Assembly (NCBI RefSeq): GCF_009914755.1
Contig: NC_060938.1
From: the human T2T-CHM13v2.0 reference genome, Homo sapiens
Direction: 5' to 3' (one strand)
Length of the DNA: 64,000 bases
A program made the translations under genes and the position numbers. The notes beneath the pieces are model-generated. The model saw nothing but the letters and a program-made list of their open reading frames with translations. It was not told the origin of the DNA and did not search any database. Shown here in pieces: positions 1-22,724 of this stretch (within the stretch, counting starts at the first letter, position 1; each line of letters opens with the position of its first letter).

Positions 1-305
1 GATTAGAGTCAAGTTAAAAGCTTTGGACTGAAATACATTATAGATGGTGTTATGTATGTCAGAAAATACAGAAGGTCTGGTTGTTCTAAGATTTTTACAT
101 ATGTCCGCACCCATGGAACCAAAGCCCAAATCAATATAGAGAACATTCCTAGCTCCCCAGCTACCTCTGGTGCCCTCTTCTTGATAATATCAAGGCAATG
201 CAATGCCTATAGTAATGCAAGAATTGCCTAATACAAGAAGTTTCCTCTGAATGTGTCCTTTGATTTGTCAACTCCCTTGCGTGGGGGCACACAAAACAAA
301 CTTCT

Positions 306-1989
<1,684 letters not shown>

Positions 1990-3672
1990 CTTCTATTCTG
2001 ACTTTTATCACACAGATGAGTTTTGCCTGTTTCTGTAATTCATACACACAGAATCTTACAATAGGAACTCTTTCAGTCAGCATTATCTATGAGATACATT
2101 CACATTGTTGTGTGTATCACATTTGGCCCCCATTATTGACTGATTTCTTTGAATGAATCTGCCACGGTTTTATTGTTCGTTCCCTTGCTGATAGACCTCC
2201 TAATGGTTTTAACGCCAACTGATACTCTTAACTAAATCCATGATTTCCAGCCAGGTGCGGTGGCTCACGCCTGTAATCCCAGCACTTTGGGAGGCTGAGG
2301 CGGGCGGATCACGAGGTCAAGAGATCGAGGCCAGCCTGGCCAACATGCCGAAACCCCCGTCTCTACTAAAAATACAAAAATTAGCTGGGCGTGGTGGCAC
2401 ACGCCTGTAGTCCAGAGGTTGCAGTGAGCCGAGATCGCGCCACTGCAGTCCAGCCTGGAGACAAAGAGAGACTCCATCTCAAAAAAATAATAAATAAATA
2501 AATCAATAAATCCATGATTTCCTTGGAGGTGACAAAACTGATCAGACACTAAAGTCAGCTGTTATTCCTGAAAAAGTGAGATAGGAGAGATTTAAACTGA
2601 CTTTGCAGGTCTGGTGGGAGGGAAGTGATTCTATTCAAGAGGTGCTCATTTAGTGTATACACAGCTACCCTGAATCTGGTTTCTAAAGAACTCTTAAATA
2701 CCTGGCTTCATGGCTTTCTATAGCCACCCTGCAGAGAGGGGCATGCTCTCCCCATCTGCTGGAATGAGGGTCCTGACGGGTGAAGTGCCCCCTGGAAGTC
2801 ACAGAGCAATGGCAGGGTGGGGCTTTCCCCCTCATATTGGGCTTTCCCCACCATCCTTCTTACTGTGAGGTCAAGGACAGGAGTCTTCTCAAGACCTCCA
2901 GAGGAAAGAAGGAAGGAAATACTCAGAGAGCAAGGCAGTACCCTGGAGTTTTGAAATCTTGCTGGCCGTAGCAACATGCCCTTTGTACAGACTGATAAAT
3001 GGAGGCAGACAGAGAAAGCCAGCAGCAGCCAGCCCTGCCTGCTGCCTGGGCAAGGCCAAGCCCCAAGATCACAGCCTCCCTGGGCAATGCTGGCTCTCTG
3101 CTCACACCATTGTTTCATGCCCAAAACCAAAGTGGTGAAAAAGCAGTGGCCAGGCTCAAGTGTGGGGTTTGTCTCCATGACACTCCCCTTCTATGACAGC
3201 TGTTCTCCTACCAAAGCCTGGGAAATGTTCCTCTCAACGCCATTAGCTCCTTCCATGCCAAACATTTAGTGACATTCCTTTAGTCCTCTGTGGCACTTAG
3301 AAAACATAACTATTGAGTAACTATATTAAGAAATGCCATCTACAGCCCATCCTTGGCCAGCCTCACAAGCCCCAGTGACGTCCACCCTCCAGGGTCATGG
3401 GGAAGGAGGCCCCTGGTGGGCCTCTAGGGTCCTAAATTGCTTTTCCTGGCACAGTCCCACCCTCTGGGCTCTGCTAGACAGACTACTGCAACGGCACCTC
3501 ATTTTACAAGAACCCTAGATTAAAACACACACACACACACACACACCCCAAAAGTTCACAGCACACGTGTCTCAGCAGTCAATGCTTCACCAGCCCCCTC
3601 CTGGGTCTAAAACAGGATTCCATCTACAGTCCTGTGTCTCAAACACTGCTTTCAAACTCCTGTCAATCGTAG

Positions 3673-4160
<488 letters not shown>

Positions 4161-4425
4161 ACTAAAAATGAGAACAAAACACAAGTTCCAGGGTTCCCTG
4201 GCTGCATTTTAGAATCACTGAGGAGCTTTAAAAACAGATACCCCTGTCTGGATCCCACCTCAGACCAACTGAATCAAAATTATTGGGGGAGGGCTGGGCA
4301 CAGGGGCTCACGCCTGTAATCCCAAGACTTTGGGAGGCTGAGGTGCAAATCGCCTGAGGTCAGGAGTTTGAGACCAGCCTGACCAATATGGTGAAACCCT
4401 GTCTCTACTAAAAATACAAAAATTA

Positions 4426-4584
<159 letters not shown>

Positions 4585-4847
4585 TTATTAGGGGAGAAGG
4601 GGCTTGGAGGGAAAGTTGGACCCCCAAAATAAACAAGAGCTGCACCTCACATGTGCCAGTGATAATGATATGCAGTGAAATGAAGCAAACTCTCTGCATC
4701 CAAGATTAGCATCAGGAAATGCAAAAGACAAGTCTGCCCCGAGGCGCTTAGGTGCCCATGGAGATTGAGAACTATTACACTACACCAAAATATGGGAGAA
4801 ATAAAGCATAAAATTGTCATCATCATTTATAATCAGGTTCTCAATAT

Positions 4848-4882
<35 letters not shown>

Positions 4883-5132
4883 GTTTTTTCTTTTTTTTTG
4901 AGACAGAGTCTTGCCCTGTGGCCTGGATTCAAACAATTCTCCTGCCTCAGCTACCCAAGCAGCTGGGATTACAGGCACCTGCCAACACACCTGACTAATT
5001 TTTGTATTTTTAGTAGAGATGGGGTTTCACCATGTTGGTCGGGCTGGTCTCGAACTCCTGACCTCAAGTGATCTGCCTGCCTCAGCCTCCCAAAGTGCTG
5101 GGATTACAGGTGTGAGCCTTGGCACCCAGACT

Positions 5133-5211
5133 TCTATATCTATATCTATATCTATATCTATATCTATATCTATATCTATATCTATCTATATCTATATCTA
5201 TATATATATAT
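5133..5211. repeat. (TATATC)n microsatellite
   Basis: Directly visible between two Alus. Confidence 0.95.
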
Positions 5212-5332
5212 TTTTTTTTCTGGGAGAGTCTTTTTCTGTTGCCCAGGCTGAAGTGCAGTGGTGCAATCACTGCAGCCTCAACCTCCCAGACTTACATGAG
5301 CCTCCCACCTCCCACCTCAGCTTCTGGAGTAG

Positions 5333-5721
<389 letters not shown>

Positions 5722-6874
5722 TGATCTCAAACTCCTGGGCTCAAGCAATCCTTCCATCTCGGCCTTCCACAGCACTGAGATTACAGGTGTGAGCCACCAC
5801 TCCCAGTCTGCTTTTTGTTTTGTTTTGTTTTGAGACAGTGTCTCTCTATTGTCCAGGCTAGAGTGCAGTGGCACAATCGTAGCTCCCTGCAGCTTTCAAC
5901 TCCTGGGCTCAAGCCATCCTCCCGACTCAGCCTCCTAAGTAGCTGGGACTACAGGTGTGTACCACCACACGGCTAATTTTTTAATATTTTTGTAGAGACA
6001 GGATCTCACTATGTTGCCCAGGTTGGTTAGGGCAACTCCTTGAACTCCTGGCCTCTAGTGATCCTCCTGCCTCAGCTTCCCTAGTAGTTGAGATTACAGG
6101 TAGCTATTATTTATTTAGTTATTTATTTTGAGACAGAGTCTCTGCTGCCTAGCCTGGAATGCAGTGGTGTGATCTCGACTCACTACCACCTCTGCCTCCC
6201 CGGTTCAAGCAATTCTCCTGCCTCAGCCTCCTGAGTAGCTGGGATTACAGGCATGCACCATCTCGCCAGGCTAATGTTTGTATTTTTGTAGAGGTGGAGT
6301 TTCACCATGTTGGCCAGGCTGGTCTTGAACTCCTGACCTCAGGTGCTCCGCCTGCCTCGGCCTCCCAAAGTGCTGAGATTACAGGCGTGAGCCACCGTGC
6401 CCGGCCAGGTAGCTATTTTTTTTTTTTTAACTGTAAAGAATATTGAACTTTGGGAGCCTGAGGTAGGAGGATCACTTGAGGCCAAGTTCAAGACCAGTCC
6501 GAGCAACATAGCAAGACCTGTCTCAAAATAATAATAATAATAATAGCTACCGTGCATGCATTTATAAGCCTTCGACATTGTGCAGGCAGCATCACATACA
6601 GTCCTCATAACAGCCCCATCTGTCGGCCAGTTATTTCCTACCACTTCCCAGCTGAGAAAACTGAAGGGCTGAGAGGGTAAGGCACTCTTCCAAGGTCACA
6701 GTCAGTGAATGTTGAGGTCAGAGCTGAAAGCAGGGCCAGCTGAAACCACAGCCCATGGGTTCAACAACCTACAGCCAGACCAAACCCTACTCATCACCCT
6801 TTTGTTTTTTTGGTGTGTCTTTGTTTGTTTTTTGATATGGGGGCTTGGGTGGGGAAGAGGAGAGAGAAGCAACC

Positions 6875-7765
<891 letters not shown>

Positions 7766-7889
7766 AAATGGTTTCACTGTTTATAAATTCTCCACTTTTC
7801 TTTTTTTTACACTCAAATGAGTATTCTTCTTACCCCAACGCTCTGCTAAATTTGAACATGTATGTAGTTGCTTTTATAGGGTCGGTTAA

Positions 7890-8158
<269 letters not shown>

Positions 8159-8974
8159 TGATCCGCCCACCTCGGCCTCCCAAGGTGCTGGGATTACAGG
8201 CTTGAGCCACCGCACCCGGCCGACTTTTTTTTTTTTTTAACTGTAGTTTTGTTTTGTTTTGTTTGATACAAAGTCTCACTCTGTTGTCCAGGCTGCAGTG
8301 CAGTGGCACAATCTCAGCTCACTGCAACCTCCGCCTCCTGGGTTCAAGTGATTCTCCTGCCTCAGTCTCCTGAGTAGCTGGGGTTACAATTACAGGCGTG
8401 CACCACCACGCCTGGTTAAGCTTGTCTAAGATTTCTTATACTGGTAGATGGATTCAAATCTATAGATGCAAACCTATGAGCATTCGGGTGTGTGAAGCCA
8501 TAAAGACATTTACAACAGAAGGAGGTCTTAGAGGCTTAGTTTTCTCACACATGTAGCGACTGCTAGTTTTCCTTCCTGGAGTCCGGGCCAGGCCTGAAAA
8601 AGGCAAACTAAGAAAATCAAAATGACAAACTGAAGACAGTGAGGTAGCACCTCCCCGAAGTTATTCCATGTGTTTGTAGCATAGATTAAGCATTTATTTA
8701 GCAAACATCTGTTGAGGCCAGTTACACACTCTGCAGAGTCAGAGAGGAAAGAGGCAGCGAGGCATGTGGGTTCACACCTGAAGTCTCAGCTACTTGAGAT
8801 GGCAGTAATGCCATCATAGCTCACTTCAGCCTCATCTGACTAATTTTGTATTTTTTTAGAGACAGGGTCTTGCTTTGCTGCTCAGACTAGTCTGGAACTC
8901 CTGACCTCAAGAGATCCCTCTGCCTCAGTCTCCCAAAGTGCTGGGATTAGAGGTATGATCCACCATGCCCAGCC

Positions 8975-9398
<424 letters not shown>

Positions 9399-10021
9399 CC
9401 CATGAAGAGCACTGTCCAACTTTGAAGGCACCTCAATGTGAATGTGACTTTTATCTGCACCTGTAGTCTGTTTCTCCTCTTCTCCTGGGAGCGGGACTAC
9501 TCATGTTGATTGGGTGCCAAGGGTACCAACCCGATGCCATATTAGGAAAGCCGGGCATGACCTCCAGGAGCTGGTTTGTTTGTTTTGTTGGGTAAAGATT
9601 TTGCCTGCTTACATTAGTGGGTAAAGGTTTGTTTTCTTTTGAGAGAGCCAGAAATATCCAGGCAGGCCTGGCCCCAGCAGGGTTGGTGGAATAGATCACA
9701 GCAGCTTCCTCCATGTCGTGCCTAGGAAAGCCCGCAAAGGATTTTTAAGGTCTAGTGGGAAGAGGAGGGAAAGGCATCTTGGTCTTTTGTGTGTGTGTAT
9801 GTGGAGGGGGCATAGGTTATATGCAAATAGCATCTTCATGTTGGAAAGCCTGGCTTGAAGCTTCTGGACAACTTTCCTGACATGCCTCTACTCACCCCAG
9901 CACTCTCTCCACCATGGCCCCCCATTCTGTATCCATACCCCTGGCTTACAGAAAGTTCTTCCTCCCTTTGTGCCTAGCCTTTGATTCCCTCAGGGTGGCA
10001 TCAGATCTTTTTATCTTCTAA

Positions 10022-10733
<712 letters not shown>

Positions 10734-11208
10734 TGAGGAAGCTAGGAAGCTGAGGTTAAGGGGCCGCCCGAAGTCACACAGCCAGCCAGTGGCCGACTTA
10801 ATACCTTGAACCCAGGTCTTCTGGCTCCTAGACTAGACTTCTCTCGACTGTAACACACTGATCTGCCTAAAGTGCGTCCAGAGGGGTATATAGCCCGGTG
10901 GTTCTGCGCATGGACAGCGAGGGCCTGGTATTCAAAACCCAGGCCTTGCGCTCAGTGGGTGTGACATTGATAAAGTTGCCCAGCCTCTCTATTGAGCCTC
11001 AGTTTCCTTATTTGTCAAGTGAGGATAATGACAGTGCCTAACCGAAGGGAGTTCCTGGAGGATCGAATGAGAGAACGCTTATGCAGTACTGGCGCAGTGC
11101 CTGGCTGGCAGGAACCATTGTCAGAGTAAAATCGAACCAATGTGAGCCCAGGCATGGTGGCTCACACCTGTACTCTCAGCACTTTGGGAGTCTGAGGCGG
11201 GCAGATCA

Positions 11209-11412
<204 letters not shown>

Positions 11413-11542
11413 TCAAAAAAACAAAATAAAACAAAAACACAATGTGAGCAAAGAAAGGGATTCAAAAATCTCTATGTTGTCCAAAATTGGGAGTTGGATT
11501 TAAAAGTGACTGAAGGTAGGTCACTTTGAGTAATCTCAGCTA

Positions 11543-11684
<142 letters not shown>

Positions 11685-11939
11685 TTAACGTAGAGTTCTA
11701 AGGATGGAAACTAGGGAGGGCTTGGATACCACTCATTTATCCACTCCCCCTTGGCGAGCCCAGTCATTGCCAGGCACTGTTGTTGGCATTGGGGGTACAC
11801 CAGCGGAAGAAACAAAACCTTGGCCAGGCACAGTGGCTCACGCCTGTAATCCTGAGACTTTGGGAGGCCGAGGCAGGAGGGTCACTGGGGCCCGGGAGTT
11901 CAAGACCAACCTGGGAACATAGTAAGACCCTGTTTCTAA

Positions 11940-12790
<851 letters not shown>

Positions 12791-12944
12791 ACAAAAATAT
12801 AGGCTGGGCGCCTTGGCTCATGCCTATAATCCCAGCACTTTGGGAGGCTGAAGGGGTTGGATCACAAGGTCAGGAGTTCGAAACCAACCTGGCCAATATG
12901 GTGAAACCCCGTGTCCACTAAAAATACAAAAAGAAATTAGCCTA

Positions 12945-13183
<239 letters not shown>

Positions 13184-14502
13184 CATTTTTAAACAGAAAG
13201 AAACAAAGCCTTGCCCTCCTGCAGCCCACACTCTAGTCGTGGAAACAAGCCATACACAAACAAAAAATGCAGACTGCAATCTCACGTGGTCAGTGATGGG
13301 TGAGGAGAAACAGAATAAAACGAGGGCCTAGATATGGTTCTCGCCCAGGGTGGCAGCGCCGCCTAGTGTACATTTTTAAAATTTCTATAGGTTTTTTTCT
13401 AGTTGTCCCATTGACTGGGGGCACAGCAGGCACTCAGCTGGCTGGAGTCAGACAAGCCAGACATGCTGCGATGCACAAGATAGTTGGAGAGGTGAGGAGA
13501 TGAAAACTGATCTCCTCACGTGACTTTAGAATGTCTCAGCAGACATCCATGCATGTGAAAATTCTGTTTGTAAGTATTTGAGCCTAGAACCTCACTTGGT
13601 TTTTGTTTTTTTGGTTTTTTGGTTTTTTTTGAGACAGTCTCGCTGTCTCCCAGACTGGAGTGCAGTGGCGCGATCTCGGCTCACTGCAAGCTCCGCCTCC
13701 CTGGTTAACGCCATTCTCCTGCCTCAGCCTCCCGGGTAGCTGGGACTACAGGCGCCCGCCACCACGCCTGGCTACTTTTTTGTATTTTTAGTAGAGACGG
13801 GGTTTCACCATGCTAGCCAGGATGGTCTCGATCTCCTGACCTCATGATCCACCCACCCTGGCCTCCCAAAGTGCTGGGATTACAGGCGTGAGCCACCGCG
13901 CCCTGCCCCTCACTTGGTTTTATAATCAAGCACGAAGTATTTTGTACACAGATTTATCACTCAGTGAATTTCCAGGAATTCAAGAACTTTGTATATGGAG
14001 GGAAGGCTGTACTTCGTTTTGTTTGGGACTCCACCGAGAGTTTTTTATTGTTTTAGGAAATCACGTCTCTGCCGATTTCAAGTCAACATCTCACAATCTC
14101 TATCAGTCTACGCATATTTGCAGATAGCCACCAGGGCATTCATTTACTGAAGTTATGTATTCAATTATTAAAAGTTAATTTCCGCCAGGCGCAGTGGCTC
14201 ATGTCTGTAATCCCAGCACTTCGGGAGGCCAAGGCGGGCAGATTGCCTGAGGTCAGGAGTTTGAGAACAGCCTGGCCAACATGGCGAAACCCTGTCTCTA
14301 CTAAAAATACAAAAATTAGCCGGGTGTAGTGGCGCATGCCTGTAATTCCAGCTATTCAGGAGGCTGAGGCAGAATTGCTTGAACCTGGGAGGCAGAGGTT
14401 GCAGTGAGCTGAGATCATGCTACTGCACTCCAGCCTGGACAACAGAGTGAGATTCCATCTCAAAAAAAAAAAAAAAAAAAGTTAATTTCCTGACTGGGCT
14501 CA

Positions 14503-14896
<394 letters not shown>

Positions 14897-15605
14897 TCAT
14901 GCTTTTAAAGGGGAGGGCACATTACTATGTGTTATAAAAAGGGCGTATTTGATCTCACCGGTGGTGGGCTGAGAACCAGGGGAGTGGAAAGGGGTCGAGC
15001 AGGTCAGAGGTCAGGGCAGATGTGCCAATGAGCAGAGGCAAATGGAGGAAGGCATGAGCCATGAGCATGTCTGGGAAAGGCTTCTGGAAAAAGGGAACAG
15101 TGAGTGTCAGCTCATCTCCTGCAGGGAAAGAGGGAAGCACCATAAGGCCTTGTCAACTATGGCCAGACCAGGAACTCTCTTCCCATCTCCTTGGTCAGTG
15201 CTGAGGATTCAGTGTTGAACTAGCAGGACAGGTGTGTCCCAGGGTCAGGACCAAGCAGGGAGAAACATCATCTGATTTCCTTTTTTTGAAACAGAGTCTC
15301 GCTCTGTCGCCCTGGCTGGAGTGCCGTGGCGCAATCACAGCTCACTGCAGCCTTGATCTCCTGGGTTCAAGCAATTCTCCCACCTCAGCCTCCTGAGTAG
15401 CTGGAATCACAGGCAGTTGTCACCATGCCTGGCTAATTTTATTTTTTTGGCAAAGATGAAGTCTCGCTGTGCTGCCCAGGTAGATCTCAAACTCCCGGGC
15501 TCAACCGATCCTCAAACCTTGGCCTCCCAAAGTGCTGGAATTACAGGTGTGAGCCACCATACCCGGCCCTTGATTTCCTTTTTTGTTTATTTTTTTATTT
15601 TTTGA

Positions 15606-16096
<491 letters not shown>

Positions 16097-16185
16097 TGAA
16101 CTCCTGACCTGGTGACCCACCTGCCTCGGCCTCCCAAAGTCCTGGGATTACAGGTGTGAGCCACTGAGCCTGGACCAATTTCCTT

Positions 16186-16218
<33 letters not shown>

Positions 16219-16475
16219 AACCTCACCACAGCTGCCTGATGGAGAATGCCTGGGAGATTACTGCAGGAGTCCAGCCATATTGTGACTTAGATCAGGGCAG
16301 AAGAGACGGTTGGATTTGTGATATATTTTCAAGGTCAGACCCACAGAATTTGCTGACAGAAGTGTGATTAAAAAAAAAAATGCATGGTGGCACATACCTA
16401 TAGTCCCAGCTACTTGAAAGACTGAGGCAGGAGGATGGCCTGAGCCCAGGACCTTGAGACTAGCTTGGACAACAC

Positions 16476-16622
16476 AGTAAGACCCCCATCTCTTTAAAAA
16501 ATAATTAAATTTAATAAGACTCCATCTCTTTAAAAAATAATTAAATTTAGTAAGACCCCCATCTCTTTAAAAAATAATTAAATTTGGTAAGACCCTCATC
16601 TCTTTAAAAAAAATTAAATTTT
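16476..16622 (+). repeat. 4 x ~37-bp tandem repeat from an Alu-monomer 3' end
   Basis: (RRTAAGACCCCCATCTCTTTAAAAAATAATTAAATTT) x4. Confidence 0.92.
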
Positions 16623-17676
16623 AAAGTTAAAAAAAATTTTAGAAAAAATACTGCAGTCAAGCACCTACCCCTCCAGGAAAAGATGGTAGAGGGAGACAGC
16701 TGGCTAACCCACAGGGGATATTCAGGTTTCCAGTTAGAAGGTTATATTGAGAAAGGTTTCACATTTTGAAAACACAACAGATCTCTAAAAACACAAAAGA
16801 TGAAAGGTTTTTTGAAAACTTACTAGTATATTTTTAAGTTGGGAGGTAGGTTTGAGGGGCAGGGGAACTGTTGTTATTGTTATGTTTTTTGAATTACATA
16901 TATGTGACATATTTTCTCTTGTATGTGTTAAATATTACATAATAATACCTTTTGAAAAAGCTTGGCACTGACATCATTTGTGAACCTGGGGCTTTATTTC
17001 CTGGACAAAGCCAGAACTAGCCAGAGCATGGGCAGCCTCAGACAGGCAGCGGGAGGTCAAAGGAGCACCGCAGTGGGGAACAGGGCAGTAGCGCTGGACT
17101 TGGAGAATTCCCAAATTAATGTTTGCCCTGTGACCTCGGGCAGGTTCCTCCACTTCTCTAGACTCAGTATCCTCATCTAGAAAACAGGGACAATAATAGT
17201 GCCTCCTCCTACTAGTGCTGTGAGGACTCAGAAGAGGTAACAGGCCGGGCACGGTGGCTTACACCTGGAATCCCAGCAATTTGGGAGGCAGAGGCAGGAG
17301 GATTGGTTGAGCCCAGGAGTTTGAGACCAGCCTGGACAACATGGCAAAACCCTATCTCTTCTAAAAATATTAAAATTAGTTGGGCATGGTGGTACGTGCC
17401 TGTAGTCCCAGCTACTCGGGAGGCTGAGGGGGGAGAATCCCTTGAACGCAGGAGTTCAAGGCTGTGGGATTACACCATTGCACTCCAGCCTGAGCGACAT
17501 AGTGAGACCTTGTCTCTATGTTAAATAAACAAAATTAGCCAGGCATGGTGGTGCACACCTGTGGTATCAACTACTAGAGGGGCTAAAGGGGGAGGATCAC
17601 TTGAGTCCAGGGATTCAAGACTAGCCTGAGTAACATGGTGAAACTCCGTCTCCACAAAAAATACAAAAATTAATCA

Positions 17677-18241
<565 letters not shown>

Positions 18242-19497
18242 TCAAACAAAACAAAACAAAAAGAAGGGGGTTGGTTGGTTGCTCTCGAAGAGCAGCTACC
18301 TTAGCATCAGGCACCCTAGAAGCGGTTGGACGCCCACCCTGGGGGTGTTGGAGAAGCTTCAGGTTTCGTACCTTCAGCCTTCTTCAAAGGTGTACGGCAG
18401 TTCAGCCCCTTCCATTACCTTCTTTCTACAGGCAGGACACAAATTCAATATTCCATCCTCCCCGAGGCCCCGTGTTTTCTCCAGGAGGTCGGTTCATGTT
18501 GCACCTATAAGCAGGCTAAATGGGAAGCCATATTGTAAGGAGGAGGCTATTTGATGGGCAGGGGGAGCAGAGGGGTTGAGACTATTTCATTTAAAAATTG
18601 TTTGAGACAGCGTCCCTCTCTGTGACCCAGACTGGAGTGCAGTGGCGCGATTATGGCTTATGCACCCTCGACCTCCCAGTCTCAAGTGATCCTCCCACCT
18701 CAGCCTCCTGAGTAGCTGGGACCACAGGTACATGCTGTCAGGCCCAGCTAATTTTTTTATTTTTTGTAGAGATGGGTCTCACTTTGTTGCCCAGGCTGGT
18801 CTCAAATTCCTGGGCTCAAGCGATCCTTCCGCCTAGGCCTTCCACAGTGCTGGGATTATAGGCGTGAACCATGGTGCCCGGCCAGATTGATACTATTTTA
18901 ACTTGCGACTCTGGTCTCTTTCCCTTTCCCCTGGTCACGTCTGAGGACTCGGCCAGCTTATCTGGGGAGTCAGGCAGGAGGAAGAGACCTGTGTGGGCAG
19001 AGGATGGGTTCATACAGGGGACTGAGCAAACATGGTCCTCAAATTCTTCTGCAGCCTCAAACTCCTGGGCTCAAGAGATCCTCCCACCTTAGCCTCCCAA
19101 GTAGCTGGTACTACAGGCGTGTGCCACCACGCCTGGCAATAAAGTATGTTTTGACGGGCGAGAAAACTAAATCTCAGAAAGACAAAGTGACTTGCTCACA
19201 GTGATAAGCCATAAGGGATGGAGCAAGAATGGGAACCTAGATCTCTGAGACCCCAAAGTACAGGTTCTTCCCCTGGTACCATATTTGAGGTGCTCCTCTT
19301 CCTTCGCCCAAGGCACTTCCCCACACCCTGAGCCTCCTCATCCCACGGATGCTGGGAATATACTGGCCATGGTGACTCCTCCTCCCCCACTTCTGCGTGT
19401 GCCAGGCCTATCTTTGGTTGGAATCTTCGTCCCTTACCAATGCTAATGCCATCCTCAATGGCACCTTTGTGCTTAGACAGCTGGGCTGTGGCTGTAG

Positions 19498-19819
<322 letters not shown>

Positions 19820-20552
19820 TGAGCTCATGATTAGAAATTAGATGTTGGTACACACCTCAATCACACCTCAGTCATCCTTGTACTCATAACTAACACAATA
19901 ATAGGTGCTTCCCCTGAGAAGCTCCAGTGTAGTAAAGGACTTGAAAATCAACATAAATTTGAAAATGCTAAATCCTGAGATAGAAGCATGCTTGGGGTAG
20001 AGTGGGACACACAGGATGCAGGAAAGACTTCTGAGTAAAGAAGATATTTGGTCCATGAATATCTTGAAACAACATGCATATGTTTTTGTGTCTGTGTGTT
20101 TCTTGCGGGAGAAAGTCCATGATCTTTATCAGATTCTGCAAACGATCGACAGCTCATTAAGCAGAGAGTCTGGGCCAGAGATTGAGAAGGCTAAGGGGCC
20201 AGGGCATGGAGATGGGGTAGCATGAAAGAGTCTGGACGTACAAGAAGGACAAGGGCCACCACTCGGAGGAGCACGGACGTCACTCTTAGGGCAATAGACA
20301 GTTATTGCCTAGGTGGGTCTCGGTTTTACTCATGGCCTGTGTCATGTAACCCTCAGAGTTCTGGTAAGTCTCATCATATCTAAGGGACACAATGAATAGC
20401 CGAGAACAAGCTTCCTACAAACATCAGGGGAGGCTTCTCACAGGCAATCTACTGGGTCTCAAAGCATGAAGAGGAATTTGCCCGGCAAATGTTTTAATCA
20501 GAAAGACTCTAAGCTGTAAGTTACGGAAATTCCTCAGAATGGCCTTAAATCC

Positions 20553-21131
<579 letters not shown>

Positions 21132-21451
21132 CTTCAATCCCATTGACTGTAAGAATCTTGGTCTCAGCCAGGCATGGTGGCTCACACCTGTAATCCCAAA
21201 ACTTTGGGAGGTCGAGGCGGAAGGATTGCCTGAGCCCAGGAGTTGGAGACCAGCCTGGGCAACATAGTGAAATCACTGTCTCTACAAAATTTTTTAAAAA
21301 ATTAGCCAGGTGTGGTGGCACGTGCCTGTAGTCCCAGCTACTCAGGAGGCTGAGGTGGGAGGATCACTTGAGCCTGGGAGGTGGAGATTGCAGTGAGGTA
21401 TGATCATGCCACTATACTCTAGCCCGGGTGACAGAGTGAGACCCTATCTCG

Positions 21452-21482
<31 letters not shown>

Positions 21483-22097
21483 GAAGAATCTTGGTTTCAT
21501 AGGGACCAAGACTAGAGATGCTGCTGGGATCTCAGGACTGGACTGGAAGCAGGAACTGGTGTGTTTCAGTAGCCCTAGGCCACCCTTCTCTCTCTCTTTA
21601 TTCGCATTCCTATGGGGTCATTCTGTCTCCTGTTCTGGCAGATTGACTTTCTCTGCTCCCCAGTCCACAGAACAAAGAATTGCTATTGCTAACACTATCC
21701 AGGTTTTCATGTCCCTCCTGAGAAAAAAGAAGCCAGACCAAAGCTTGGCCTCTTTTAGTCCCAACTTCAAACTCCCTAAGAAGGAGCCCATTGGTGCCTC
21801 CTGGTAAGTGTCCAACCAGCTGTGACTAGAGGGCTGGATGTTATTCCAATTTGGCGACCAAGACCTTGGGTTCTATAACCATAGGGTGTGGGGGCGGGGA
21901 AGTGGGAAGTAGTAATCAGAGAAAAAAGAAGCGAGATCTGAGTAACCAACTCATTAGGGATCTGGCCTGCAGAAAATGGGGGAAATTAATAATATAATAT
22001 TTCACAGTATCTACTCTAGTCTTTTGAACTATCCATCCAGGTAGTCACTAATTCATTCATTTATATTCATTCAAGAATGCATTCAGCCTTAATTTGA

Positions 22098-22518
<421 letters not shown>

Positions 22519-22574
22519 TGAGGTCAGGAGTTCGAGACCAGACTGACCAACATGGAGAAATCCTGTCTCTACTA

Positions 22575-22724
<150 letters not shown>

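Noticed and set aside
1-235. Open frame at the window start as an exon or pseudogene
   Set aside because: It resembles an antisense old L1M 3' fragment and I recognised no protein match.
2708-3269. Cluster of non-Alu ORFs (up to 156 aa)
   Set aside because: No recognisable domain or convincing exon structure; overlapping on both strands as expected by chance.
16476-16622. CRISPR-like array (37-bp repeats)
   Set aside because: Head-to-tail repeats with no unique spacers, Alu-derived, in a eukaryotic context.
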